Assembly (NCBI GenBank): GCA_017499595.2
Contig: CM039006.1
Span: 186,001-250,000, forward strand
DNA: 64,000 bases
DNA from: Psilocybe cubensis
Lineage: Eukaryota
Direction of reading: 5' to 3'
Shown here: in pieces, positions 26,517 through 39,100 of the stretch
Position numbering within the stretch: the stretch's first letter is position 1
Layout: the number at the start of each line of letters is the position of its first letter
Program-made: the position numbers and the translations under genes
The notes under the pieces: generated by a model
Databases searched by the model: none
The model's input: only the letters and a program-made list of their open reading frames with translations
Told to the model about the DNA's origin: nothing

Positions 26517-27797
26517 TTAGGCTCCAAACCCGACAACCGCCCAAGCACTCTTCGTGCCTGGCCATTTCCTCGCATACGCACCCGCCGCTCTGCGAGCGTC
26601 CTTTCGCGTCCTAAATCCCGCATGCGTCCAGGTCCACAATTCCTCATTCCCCGTGCCCTCATTTGCATCACCCCCTCTCACTCCTATTCCATGACCATCC
26701 CCGTGCCCCATTCTTCCTTTTTCTCGCGATGTACGCGACGACCCCACGAGCCTTATCAGCTCCTCAATATCTGCTTCATCTTTTGCGACACGTCTTCGCG
26801 CACGGATCTTGTCTGCCTCTGACTCTTGTGCGGAGGGTTGGGAGTGATCCACCCATGCGCGAAGCTTCAGGCTGAGTAGGCTGGCGAGCGGGACATGGGC
26901 AATTGGTGTTGCAGCTGGGGCAGAAACCGGTTTTGAGTTTGAATATGGAAGTGGGTTCGACAAGGAAGATGAAGCAGAAGCAGAGGCGGAGGCATAGGAT
27001 AGGAAAGTCGCAGAACTGTCCAAGAACAGTTTGTCTTTAGGAATGTGTGGGATATCTAGCGGGCTATTTGGCCCGGGGAGGAGGATGTCAATTTTACATG
27101 CTCGAACTCCGCTTTGGTCTGGTGTCTTCAGTATATCAGTCCCCTGGTTCTTCAGGTCTTGTTGTCCCGAGATCGGCGCTGACGAAGAAGGAACAGACGT
27201 CTTTGGAAATCCAGATGCCCGGTCGTGTTTTGACTTTTTCGAATTGTGCTCTCGTACAGTCGGAGGGAGGGTGTACCATAGGATGCGATGTGTCGCTCCC
27301 TGCTTCCTTGAAGCTGTGAGGAAGAAAAATCCTGACGATGTTGTGGTTGAAGAGACGAGGAGGTCTTTGATCGTTTCGTCCGTTTGGACTGAAGAGGCGT
27401 TCAAGATGAGAATGTCGATATCCTATCGAGTTTGCAAGTGAGTGAGAATGAGTGTGCAAATTCTTCTTGAACAATTAGACTTGTAGGCTCGGTCTTTATT
27501 CACGGTGAAGAACCTATCATTGTTGGCTTAAAGGCAAACCGTCCACGATAAAAGTGCAGCGACAATATAATAAATACAGCAAATGAAACTCCTTCTTCAA
27601 GGAGATTCATCACAGATACACGTACACACCTCAGGCAGTCGGTGCTCCATTCCATGTGCAAGCATAGCTGCGCTCCCAAACAGGCACGCGTCGAGGCCGT
27701 GCGTCGAGAGAACACTGAGTGCGACGCGAATGGTATGTTGGATTTCTGTGTAGCTGAGTGGAGGTTGAGTTTGTGAGATAAGTTTAGATGCGGACAT
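26517..27797 (-). CDS. Minimal nucleotidyltransferase-fold protein, 2 exons
   Basis: Spliced motif CLFGSAAMLAHGMEHRLPE|DIDILI fits hG[GS]x(n)DhDh, with KIDIL as a third acidic strand and C-terminal LLSLKLRAW...KDEADIEELI. Confidence 0.7.
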
Positions 27798-28474
27798 TGC
27801 AGTTGTGGTTCAAGAGAGCATGCCCAAAAGTCTTGGGTTCAATGACTCGGTCTCGGGAGCGTGAGCATTGCTCGGAAGTTCGCGGCAAGTTTCATATTTC
27901 ATTTTCAGCGTTTTTTGTTGACTTGTCGCTGTTAGATTATCTCCAGGGCTTTTATTGAATCGTATCTCGTCCCTTTATCACGGTATTCCATAATTATTCT
28001 GACTCCCTAAGCAATGCCTAAAATTTGCGAAGCGACGTGATGGCAGTGGTATTCTTTTCTTTCTTCGCTCTACCACTAGTGATTGGACTTGGAACTGACC
28101 CCACGTCTTACACGGTCCCTTTCAATTTCTTCCCATTGAACCATGAAGTTCACTATCGACGCATTCCACCGGATAATTTCATACAAAAACCAGGCATCAC
28201 GTTTACACGGGAGTTCCCATAAATGACACCCTCTGCCACAGGCAAAAGCCAAAACTGAATTCAAACTTCTCGCACGCTAGAACCGCCCCCCGGTTCTTGA
28301 GATCATCCATGCCAATTTCTCGTAAGGACATCCCCATACGCAGTGCTTACTCCCAGGCGTTCCCAGAGAATATCTGCCCGGAAAATTGGGTGGTTCTGTA
28401 TAAATGTTGTCGAGCATCAAATGGGTACGGTTGCACGCTTGGATCCTTGCCCTGTCCTTACGCACAAGTCCACG

Positions 28475-31095
28475 ATGTCCTCAGAGAAGGTTGACGAGAA
28501 GCACGACACCGAGTCCAATGGAAGCCATGCTCAAACCTCAAGCTCTGAAATCGACCTCTTTTCGTTCCACGAGAAACGGGCAGGTCGTTTGATTATTGAC
28601 CCAGCGTAGGCATTCGTTTCTCTTGTCCTAAACATATTTTAATATCGTATCTCTGAGTTTAGCGAAGCAAAAATTGAGCTTGGAGAAGAGGTTGCGGCTA
28701 AATTGAAGTTGTCTGCAGATGGGACAAAAGTACTTTGGCCACAACCGACAGACTCTGATTTGGATCCCCAGAACTGGAGCGACGGTCGGAAGACACTCCT
28801 CCTCATCATCATTACGCTTGCTGCTATCGTACCCGATTTCGATTCCGGTATAGGTATGCTTTTCAATGGTTCAGTTTTGTACCAATTGAGTTTATATTGC
28901 TTAACAGGGATCGCTGCTATCTTTGCTTTGGCGGAACAATACAACACGACCACTGGAGTTATCAACAACCTCACATCAAAGTGCGTTCCCGCCCACAGAA
29001 TCATCCATTGTCAAATTTTCCTGACTGATTGACGGCTATGTTGTTCGCTCGGGAAGTTGGAGTATTTTCCTCTTAGGTCAGAATTGCTTAACTGTAGTTA
29101 TCTCGGCTTTCGATAGGTTCTGACCATGTACCATATTTGCATAGGATGGGGTGGCCTTGCTGCTGTGATGGTTATCCGACGTCTAGGTCGCCTCCCGGTG
29201 TTATTTTGGTCACAGGTGAACCTGTTTCTGTCCCCGTGAATGGATAGTGTTTGATAATTGATCATTTGATAGGTTCTGGCATTAGGGTTCCTCGTTGGTT
29301 GTACTTTTGCCCCCGATCTTAAGACTTTCACTGGTTCGCATATTCAGTAAAGTCGCTGCAAATGCCATTAACAATATATCCTCTTAGCTATGCGGTGTTT
29401 GACCGCCTTCTTTGGGTAAACTATGATCATCTTCTGTCGACCTCCGACGTACTAACCCACATGATCAGAACTGCCCCACAAGTCACAGTACGCAATCTAT
29501 ACATCTTCTTGAGCGGAACCTTTAATCCTGAAGATGTTTAGGGTCTTTACGTTGTGACTGACCTATACCCCTTTCACCTCCAAGCAAGGAAACTTAACAT
29601 CTGGACGATGGGTTTCATCGTCTCTCCATTTATTTCCCCATTCGCCTTCGGCTTCCTCGTCGCTCGCACGTCATGGAGGTGGGCGTATGGCATTGGGTCC
29701 ATCTACTCTGCGATTGTGGTTTTGCTCATTGCATTCTTTATGGAAGAAACGTATGCTCCAGTTTTTCGTCTCTGAGGATTTTGTTCCCTAAATGGCTTCA
29801 ATTCTCATAAAAGGATGTTCGACCGAACGTTGAAACCTATCCCATTGCCTACTTCCACAGGACTCAGGCTGAGAATTGAGAACCTTGTTGGCATCACAGG
29901 GTTAAGAATGCAGAAATATCGCATTTCTTGGTATGAATCTTTCGTCAGCCCATTCCGACTGGTATGGAGGCCTCATTTATTAATGGTTTTGTTATTTGAG
30001 GTTTTTATTTTACCTCTTATTTGTTGTCTTCCACGTTTGTTAATTTACTCTATGATAGGCAATGCTTTTTGGGTTTGGTATCGGTATCAACGTTCGGGCT
30101 GCAATTGACATTCTATTTCTTTTTCAAACTGACAAGAATTTTAGGTTACCAACGCCGTTTTCCTTGGTTCCCCACCTCCCTTTGGTTATGGCTTTAGTGA
30201 ATTCGCAGTTGCAGGAGGATACGCAACACCCATTGTACTGTACCCTTATATTTCTCTTGATAGTCATGCTTAAGAGAATTTCTTAGGTATCTGTTATTCT
30301 CGGTGAATTATTTGGTCGGTACGCCAATGACTGGATTATGAACGCCAGTATCAGGCGGAACAAAGGTGTCTTCGAAGCCGAGAGCCGCCTTTGGTGAGTC
30401 GTACTGACGCTTATCATGTTGAGTTAATTTACATATCATTAATCGAATAGGGCATGTTATATCGCCATTCCTCTGTATATCTGTGGCTTTATCACCCTTG
30501 GGGCCTCGTTCCAAAAACACCTTAGTGTCGGGGCATTAGTAATGGGATGGGGAATTGCTGAATTTGCTATCATGATTAACACTGTGGCCGTATACGCCTA
30601 CTGTAATGACGCGTTCCCAAAACATCAGGTTGGGATCCTATTAGTACTTGTGCAGGCAGATCATACTGAACGTAATGTAACAAAAGGGGGAAATCAGCGC
30701 CTTGATTAATCATGCGCGTGTTCTTGGTGGTGAGTGTGTCTTTTTATATAGATTATTGTGAAGATTAGACCTTTTTCGTTCAGGCTTTAGTGTTGCGTAT
30801 TTCCAAGTACCATGGGCGCTTAAAAATGGCGCCATTCAAACCTTTGGATGCGAGGCTGCGTGAGTGCTGTCATTCTCGGCTGAAGGCTTCTTCTAAACCA
30901 AAAGCTCATCATGTCTTTTTCTCTACTCAATGAACTCTGTCAGTATCATTGCCGGCCTATTTGTGCTCTTTATTCCATTCCTACAATGGAAAGGGTCCGC
31001 TCTACGGGTACGCACTACGTGTTCCCACTTTAATCGTCGAATGCTTATCTTACATACTGTTCAATACAATCTAGGCCAAATATTCATTGCACTAA
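28475..31095 (+). CDS. MFS transporter (DHA1-like), many short exons
   Basis: VLWPQPTDSDLDPQNWS, RRLGRLPVLFWS, DLYPFHLQARKLNIW, SWRWAYGIG, EET and FEAESRLW, with multiple TM segments. Confidence 0.9.
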
Positions 31096-31417
31096 TACAT
31101 TATTCTCCTATATACACCCATGGCCTTAATAACGAGGATGTATATAACGTTTGTACCCTGCGAGTAGAAATGATTTGAACACATGTCTTAGATTGATTTT
31201 TCTTACTAGTTCTTACTACAAAAGAATATACTTGAAGCAACTTTAGCAATCAGGGGTCACGACAATCTGACCACGGTTTGGCAAAAGTGCGCAACTAACG
31301 TAATAAGTCAAGTATCCCACGCCACTTAAAACCCTCCACGCACGTAGGCCGTAGGGTTCGCCATTATTGCTGACTGTAATGGTTCCTACGGCGCACTTGA
31401 CTCGATGATGAAACAAG

Positions 31418-32768
31418 ATGAAGACGAATAAAGACGAAGATGAGAATGAAGATTTTACGAGACCACCATCTCCTCATGAAAACATGTTTGCTCGCTTTGC
31501 ATTCACTGTGTCGCGTGAAAAGTCTCGCTCAACCTCGAAGGTATGTCGGGCACTGCTAGATGGATTCTTAGTTTTTATTTGATCGTATCTTTTCCTTTTG
31601 ACAAGGTGAAATTTTCGATACCAAGTAGAATCTCACATAAACGGAAACGAAATGCCGATAAAGCATCCGATGAGGAAGAACGCAATGCGAAGACAAAGAG
31701 GGTGGCCATTGACAAGGACCTTGAATTACCCAGCACAATTTCCAGTGAGCCATTCAAATGAAGATTCCAAACATCATAGCATGGTACTTATCTGCGAAGG
31801 ATCAAGTTCCAGCAATGTCGAATTATATGAACATCTTCCCCTTCTTCACGACAATTTGAACGTCGGGCTTGATAGTCAGTCTTATTCATCGCGCGCATAG
31901 TATTGACAATATCTAAACTTTTTCAGTTATATTCTGCGGAATCAAGTCAGTATACTATTCAGTACAACTCAAGAGATGTGTTCAATGCAATCAACAGTCC
32001 CGGCCAACGGTCCGCAGAAATTGGCCACCATTACGGGAATCCCAACAACCATTTCTGGGGCTGTCTTTACGAGTCGGGATTAACGACGCGAAAACTGGAC
32101 CCGCGCGACGATGTCATTTTACCTCAGGACTTTTCAATAGGGCTGGTGTGTCACGCTTGCGTCCTTATTGTTGAGCTGCTTTTCTCAATAAAACAACAAA
32201 CAGACAAACCTTGTGGCTCGCCCAACTGCCCAGGTTCTTTGCATTGGTTGTCTGCATATCTATAGCTAATAGTTATCTCAACAGCAAAATGAGCTCTCCA
32301 AAGATGAACAAGTGGCAGGCGTGCCGATTCTACTTGGCAAGGTTGCCCGATATAAGCCGCGAGTTCTGTGTTTTGTTGGTCTGGGCATAGCGGATGTTTT
32401 CAGATCTAGCATAGTAGCAGACAACCAGGCTCGGGGTGCAGCTGGAGCAAATCTGAAGTTAAAGTCGAAGAAAAGTTCTACCATTGGACTACAGCCTTAC
32501 AAAATGATCCATCGTTCCAATTCGCAAGGATCCTCCGAAACGCTGTTCTTTGCTGTGTCAAGTACATCTGGACGCGTGGTCCGCTATCAGGTACAAGTTA
32601 CCCTCCAACTCATATGCAGTTCTGACATTTTTATAGAAAGCAGACAAAGTCAAACAATTTCAAGATCTTCGACAATTGGTCAGAGACATAAAGGACGGCA
32701 TATTCGACACCTCCACTATGTCACAAATCGCTTCACCTTCTATCCAGGATCTTGAAAGTCACAGGTAA
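31418..32768 (+). CDS. MUG/TDG family (UDG family 2) mismatch DNA glycosylase
   Basis: Spliced LFCGIN|PG catalytic motif, GHHYGNPNNHFWGCLYESG, LTNLVARPT, YKPRVLCFVG and SSTSGR. Confidence 0.9.
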
Positions 32769-32832
32769 GGATGGAACCACCTTTCGTGTATCTTCGCTCC
32801 TCTCCTTTTATCCAACAAATATATGGCTAACA

Positions 32833-35680
32833 CTATGAATCCAGGTCATTGCCCTCTTTCTCGTTATACGTCAAATCAGTCGGATCGTCATATGATGGAA
32901 ATGGCACAGCCTGAGCAGACGCCAGCTCAACCTGGGCCAGCCGATCCGAGGGCCAGAACTTGGATCCATAATTGATGAGCAATTCTTCACCCTCTTCGAT
33001 GCGGCGGGCTGGATATACCATATGGTCAGAACGTTCTTTTAGGAGGACTGGAAGGAATTTGGAAGAGTGAGACCTGCGTAAACACCAATTCTGTGCTCTC
33101 CGTTTACCATCACAACTATAGGTGATTCAGCAGATGTTCCAATAAAAAGAAACTGGACATATGAACCGTACCATTGGTATGGCAATTCGCTTCTTCGGCG
33201 CTGTGGTTCATATAACGGGTCTGATTCCCCGCGTATGCACTGTCCAATGAAAATGTTGGGTTCAGCTCGAAGACGTACGACCTGTTTCTATGTTCTGCGT
33301 GGCAGCTACGCAGATGTAGGTAGAAATTTCGCAAAAAAGGATATATGCGAAAGACAGACGTACTTCCTGGAATCGATTGTTAAAGGGCCGATCATTTCTC
33401 CTACGTATTCTACGATCGGGACGTTGGTAAATATTGTTTTTGAAGAGCGGAAGGGCGAGTGCATACCTAAGATGAGTTCTTTCGTTTCTGCTGGCTCGGA
33501 TAAGAAAAGGCCTAGCCCCCATTTGCTTTCTCTGACTTCAGTGACCTAGTTACATCATTTGAATCAGTAAAAGTTATGGGTGCACTGCATCGGCAGCCTT
33601 ACTTTGAATGAGCCCCTTTGAATCCCAACGTTTCTACACAGGCCATGCTCCTCTGAAAAGACCAAAAAACAAGTGAAAAGGCTATCAAATAGATCAAGAA
33701 AACACAACCATACCGCTGCTTTTAAAGTCAATAATGGTGCAACATCAGAAAATTAAAAATAAATGTTCAAGTCAAAGGTTATTTTGGCAGTGTACTGTAC
33801 GTACCTAGATCCGCATGGAAGGCATACCTCCGGATCGCATTCGAAATGAGCACGAACGCAGGAACATTTCCTCGTTCCGCAGACTTTGTCTGAGCGGGCG
33901 CAACTGCATCCTTTCCATCTTCGTGTACCTGTCGAAGTTCAGAAGTCAACAAGGAGGGCATAGTGGTGAGTATAACCTGCAATGGAATGAACCGAAAACG
34001 GTCGAGGAGAAAGAGTACGAACATGTTTTGTTACACCCACATCGGGTATGGCAGTGCGCCTTATTTGCGTAGCATTCACAGCCAGTAGAAGCAGAGCATG
34101 GCCCGGAATGTCTGCAAGGCATAATCCTTGATTTTGAGGAGGTCTGTTCAGCTATTACTTCTGCATTCCATTTGGGACAGAAACAACATACGGGGTGAAT
34201 TCGGCTGGCACTTCGTCCTCTAGACAAGGTTCAAACTGTCAACACTTGCAGAAGTGTGCCTAAGAGAAGGTCGTAAAATACCGTATATCCTTGTTTTCGG
34301 TTGAAATACGGAGCGAGCCTTGGGCATTTGATGAACAATTGTAGGACGTATGGACAAATATTTGTGGATCTGAAAGGTACAATTAAATCAATGACGCTCC
34401 AAAATAAAAGATCGATCTACTTCGTGACACGGTTTCCTACAGATAATGGAGAGGTCGCATGGAGTTGTGTCGGGAGCGTATCGTAGAGTTAATTGGACGA
34501 TTTCTTCTACTTCTTTCGTCCATGCGACCTCCTTTAGATACATTGCATCTAATTTATTACCAGATTTTTCGAGATGAAAATTACTGCGTACAAGCTCGGA
34601 CGTGGCGGAAGATTGAAGGAAACAATAGGGGCCACACACTTCCTGTACTGTGTCGGAAGGCTTTGTAAACAGGGACTTTGTAAAGACAGATTTGGGAGCT
34701 TGCTCCCGCACGGCTAAACTCATTAAATTTTAGTCTCAATGTCTAAAAGACTGATAGGAAAGAAAAGGTAACCTTCTCCAGTATGAAGTGTGCAGAAGCC
34801 GGTCAGGCAATTTAAATTGGCGCAGAAGTACTCCAGAAAGTAATCAACAGCAGCTGATGGCGTATCCGGTGCTGTGGGAAGTGGAAGGTTAGAAATTTTG
34901 TCTAGTCGAGGCCAATTCGGAAAATCGCTTTACAAATGTTTTCATTAGTTTGATTATTCGTGAATGACCATGGCAAATGAAAAGAACATGCCGCTTGCGC
35001 GAAAGATTCACGATATCATAACACTCCATCGGGAGGGTACATGTATCGTCGATAGTTTGGTAGGACATGCCGTTGTCGTTAGTTAGGCGCATGACTGTCT
35101 CCAGTAGAATGTTTTGCTCTGTCAAGGAAGTCAATAGCGAAACAACGTATATGAGACCTGGAACCCTACCATCCGGACCTATGTGTGGCTTTTGCCACGC
35201 GGTATAGTCGTAGAGTTCCAGGTCAACAGAAAAGTCATACATTGGATCGTCCGAGAATGGAATAAAGGGCATATAGTGCGAGTCGTCACCCACAAAAATG
35301 TTTTGCGACGTCGGCGTGCACGAGTGGTAAGGTGGGTAGTGAGAAAATGTATCCGTGTTGAATAAAGTAGGCTGTATGAAAGAAGTTGTCCTCTCCAATT
35401 CATCATCATCATCGAGATCGATTATAGAACAAACTTGAGTTGTCGGGGTGGACGAAGTACTTGCTGAGGATGATGCCGATGTACTGGCTGATTGACCTGC
35501 AAGTTTTCGACTCTTCTCAGTTTCTCGAGGAGGTAAGTGCCGTCGTGGATGGGGTCTCGATAGCCTTTGAAGCATGCATTTGTTGTAATTCATGCTCCAA
35601 GAGGAGTATTCACCCCAGACATTTTCGTACACCCGCATTATCGTGTCGGCAGAGGTATTTTTACGGGTTTTATTGTCCAT
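32833..35680 (-). CDS. Enhancer-of-zeste-like CXC-SET histone methyltransferase, paralog B
   Basis: FCANLNCLTGFCTLH, APDTTPCDLSIICRKPCHEV, CXC (PCRHSGPC...ECDPEVCLPC), SET: WGLGLF, EYVGE, SYVFELN, GNQTRYMNHS, GEHRIG, GEELLINYG. Start uncertain. Confidence 0.88.
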
Positions 35681-36145
35681 ACCAAGAAGTTTAAGCAGGG
35701 TGGACAATATTGCAAAACAATAGAGACGACTCTATACACACTATCCCGATATTTATGAATATTCAATGTCGCCTCAGAAGTATCAACTTGAAATTCTGTA
35801 TCAACTTTGGTCTTGTGGCAGTTCTTCCAGGGTTTGAGGATGATAGGGAATTCCAGTACCACAGAAAGACCGTCAGTAATAGCCAAGGAATAGATTGGAT
35901 CCGTTAAAGCATTGAAACATTGTTGGATGTAGAGAACAGAATACTAGCGAAAAGCGTTGAATTATGTTCAATTTCATATTCTAATATTTTGCTAATTTCA
36001 TATTAAAATAATTATTTTCAACGCCGAAAGGCAGATCGTGCATCTGCGTTTTAATATTAATATTAGCGGACGTATTACATAATTGATAACAATTTATGGG
36101 CCAGTGTCGACCGTCGACTCCAACACTTTTCTCAACACACCTCAA

Positions 36146-39100
36146 ATGTCTGGAAGGGGCGCAAAACCAGATCTTTCTGGATACAACTATGGGGCTATTT
36201 CGTCTCTAGTTCTCACAACCGACAGGTCGGCTTTACCTAGACGAGACAAAGAGCCAGATGGCGCGCCAGTTTCTCTTGCAGGCAGGATCGACCCGAAAGA
36301 CATGGGCTCGCGGGTCGTCCGACAAGCACCCAAAGACCTCGACAAGAAGAAGAAAAAGGCAGTGGAGGCGGTTGACCCGTCCGAGAAGCTCGCCGCAAAG
36401 CGCAGGGCCGAGGCAGCTGGCTTTGGATATGCCGACATCATAGAGGCCACCCAGGACGTCGAGGGTCTGACATATCGACCGCGCACGGCCGAAACTCGTC
36501 AGGTCTACGAGCATATTCTGTCGTCGGTCCATACAGCGCTCGGTGGCCAGGCCCAGGACATCGTGCGGAGTGCTGCCGACACTGTACTCGAGACTCTCAA
36601 AAATGACGCGATGAAGGATTTCGACAAGAAGAAGGAGATTGAAGAGGTACTCGGGCCAGTCACCAGCGAATCCTTTAGTCAACTCGTCAGCCTTTCCAAG
36701 AAGATCACGGACTATAATGCCGACGACGAGACCATGGCAGACCCTGACGCGGAGCGCAAGGAAGCAGAGATTGATGAAGAGGGTGGTGTTGCAGTCGTTT
36801 TCGACGAAGAGGAGCAGGATGAGGAGGATGACGAAGGGTATGAGATTCGGGAAGATTCCTCCGATGAGGACGAGGACGATGAGGAGGAGAAGCCTGAGGG
36901 GGACGCCGAAGCAGAAGTCAGGGAGGAAGACATGGTCATTGGTGGCGAAGGTTCGAAAAATGGCAAAGTCAAAACCGACAAAGATGTCGTATCCCCGCAC
37001 TCTATCGATGGCTTCTGGGTCCAGCGACAAATCTCAGAAGTATATCCCGACCCTGTCACCGCTGCCGACAAGGCTGCTTCCGTCCTCAGCATCCTCGGTT
37101 CAGAGTCCAGCGCCCGCGACTGCGAAAATCAACTTATGGAGCTCTTCGATTACCAAAGTTTCCATATCACCGCAAAGTTCCTCAAGAACCGTGACGTCGT
37201 CGTATGGTGCACCAAACTCATGCGAAGTGATGCCGAAGAGAGAGTTAATGTCGAGGTCGCCATGCGCGAAAAGGGTCTGGGTTGGATTCTCCGCGAACTT
37301 GCTGGTGACCGTCAGGTAAAGAGCGAGAAGAGGTCAGATGCTATGGAAGTCGACGAACCCAAACCAGAGGTCCCCAAAACAGCCACTCTCGCACCAGGGT
37401 CAACCGTTCAACCTAAACGCACCGTCGATCTCGAAAGTATGGCGTTTGCCCAGGGTGGCCATCTGATGTCCAACAAGAAGTGTAAACTTCCTGATGGCTC
37501 TTTCAAGCGCGCGAAGAAGGGATACGAGGAGATTCATGTACCTGCCCCAAAACAGAAGCCCGTGACCGAAGGCGAATTGGTGGCCATCTCCAGTATGCCA
37601 GCGTGGGCCCGCGAGGCCTTTACTGTCCCCAAGCTCAATCGTGTCCAGAGCAAGCTTTATCCCATCGCTTTCGGTACTGATGAACCCATCTTACTTTGTG
37701 CGCCTACTGGTGCCGGCAAGGTCAATGCCCTTTTTTTTATATATCCAAAATCCAAAATGCTAACTTTTTTCTTTCATAGACAAATGTGGCTATGCTTACG
37801 ATCCTCAATGAGCTCTCAAAACATCGCAACGAACAGACCGGTGAATTCGACCTGGATGCCTTCAAAATGGTTTACATTGCCCCTATGAAGGCCCTCGTTC
37901 AGGAGATGGTCGGCAATTTCACGGCTAGGTTGAAGGTATTCGGAATCAAGGTCGGCGAACTTACGGGAGACTCTCAAATGACGAAACAGCAAATTGCGGA
38001 AACCCAGCTTATTGTTACTACTCCTGAGAAGTGGGACGTCATTACTCGCAAGCAGACGGATACGAGTTACACTAACCTCGTTCGACTCATCATTATCGAT
38101 GAAATTCATTTGCTGCACGACGAACGTGGCCCTGTGTTGGAAAGTATCATTTCGAGGACCATCCGGAGAATGGAGCAGACTTCTGAGTATGTCCGGTTGG
38201 TTGGTCTTTCCGCGACATTGCCCAACTACGAAGACGTTGCAACGTTCCTGCGAGTCGACGAAAAGAAGGGACTGTTCTACTTCGACGCGTCATACAGGCC
38301 TTGTGGGCTTCAACAGCAATTTATTGGTATCACGGAGAAGAAAGCCATTAAACGCTACCAGATCATGAACGAGGTCTGCTACGAGAAGGTTCTTGACCAA
38401 GCCGGGAAGAACCAAACGCTCGTGTTCGTGCACTCGCGCAAAGAGACCGCAAAGACCGCCAAGTTCTTGCGCGACATGGCCATCGAGAAGGAGACCATTA
38501 CGCAATTCGTGAAGCCCGACGGCGCAGTGCGAGAGATTCTCACGGAAGAGGCAAATAACGTCAAAGACGCGAACCTGCGCGATCTGCTGCCCTTTGGCTT
38601 CGCCATCCATCATGCCGGTATGACGCGCGAGGATCGTGGTGTTGTCGAGGAACTGTTTGCGGATGGTTCGGTCCAGGTGCTCGTGTGTACTGCGACGCTC
38701 GCGTGGGGTGTCAATTTGCCTGCACACACGGTTATTATCAAGGGCACGCAGATATATAATCCGGAGAAGGGTCGTTGGGTCGAACTTTCGTCGCAGGACG
38801 TCTTGCAGATGCTTGGGCGTGCAGGACGGCCGCAATATGATACATATGGAGAGGGTATCATCATAACTAACCACACGGAGTTGCAGTACTACCTGAGCTT
38901 GCTGAACCAACAGCTTCCTATCGAATCTCAGTTTGTCTCCAAATTGGCAGACAACCTTAATGCGGAGATTGTGTTGGGTACTGTCCGGAACCGGGACGAA
39001 GCAGTGCAGTGGTTGGGCTACACATATTTGTGCGTAAATGGATAATTTTTCTTCTATCCTTTCCATTTATGTAATTCTATCAATTTTTATAGATATGTCC

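Noticed and set aside
36031-36047. Small hairpin GCAGAT-N5-ATCTGC in the E(z)-B/Brr2 divergent promoter
   Set aside because: A 6-bp stem is expected by chance; no supporting evidence.
36187-39066. Several long antisense or alternate-frame ORFs inside Brr2
   Set aside because: Expected shadows of a GC-rich, codon-biased conserved gene.
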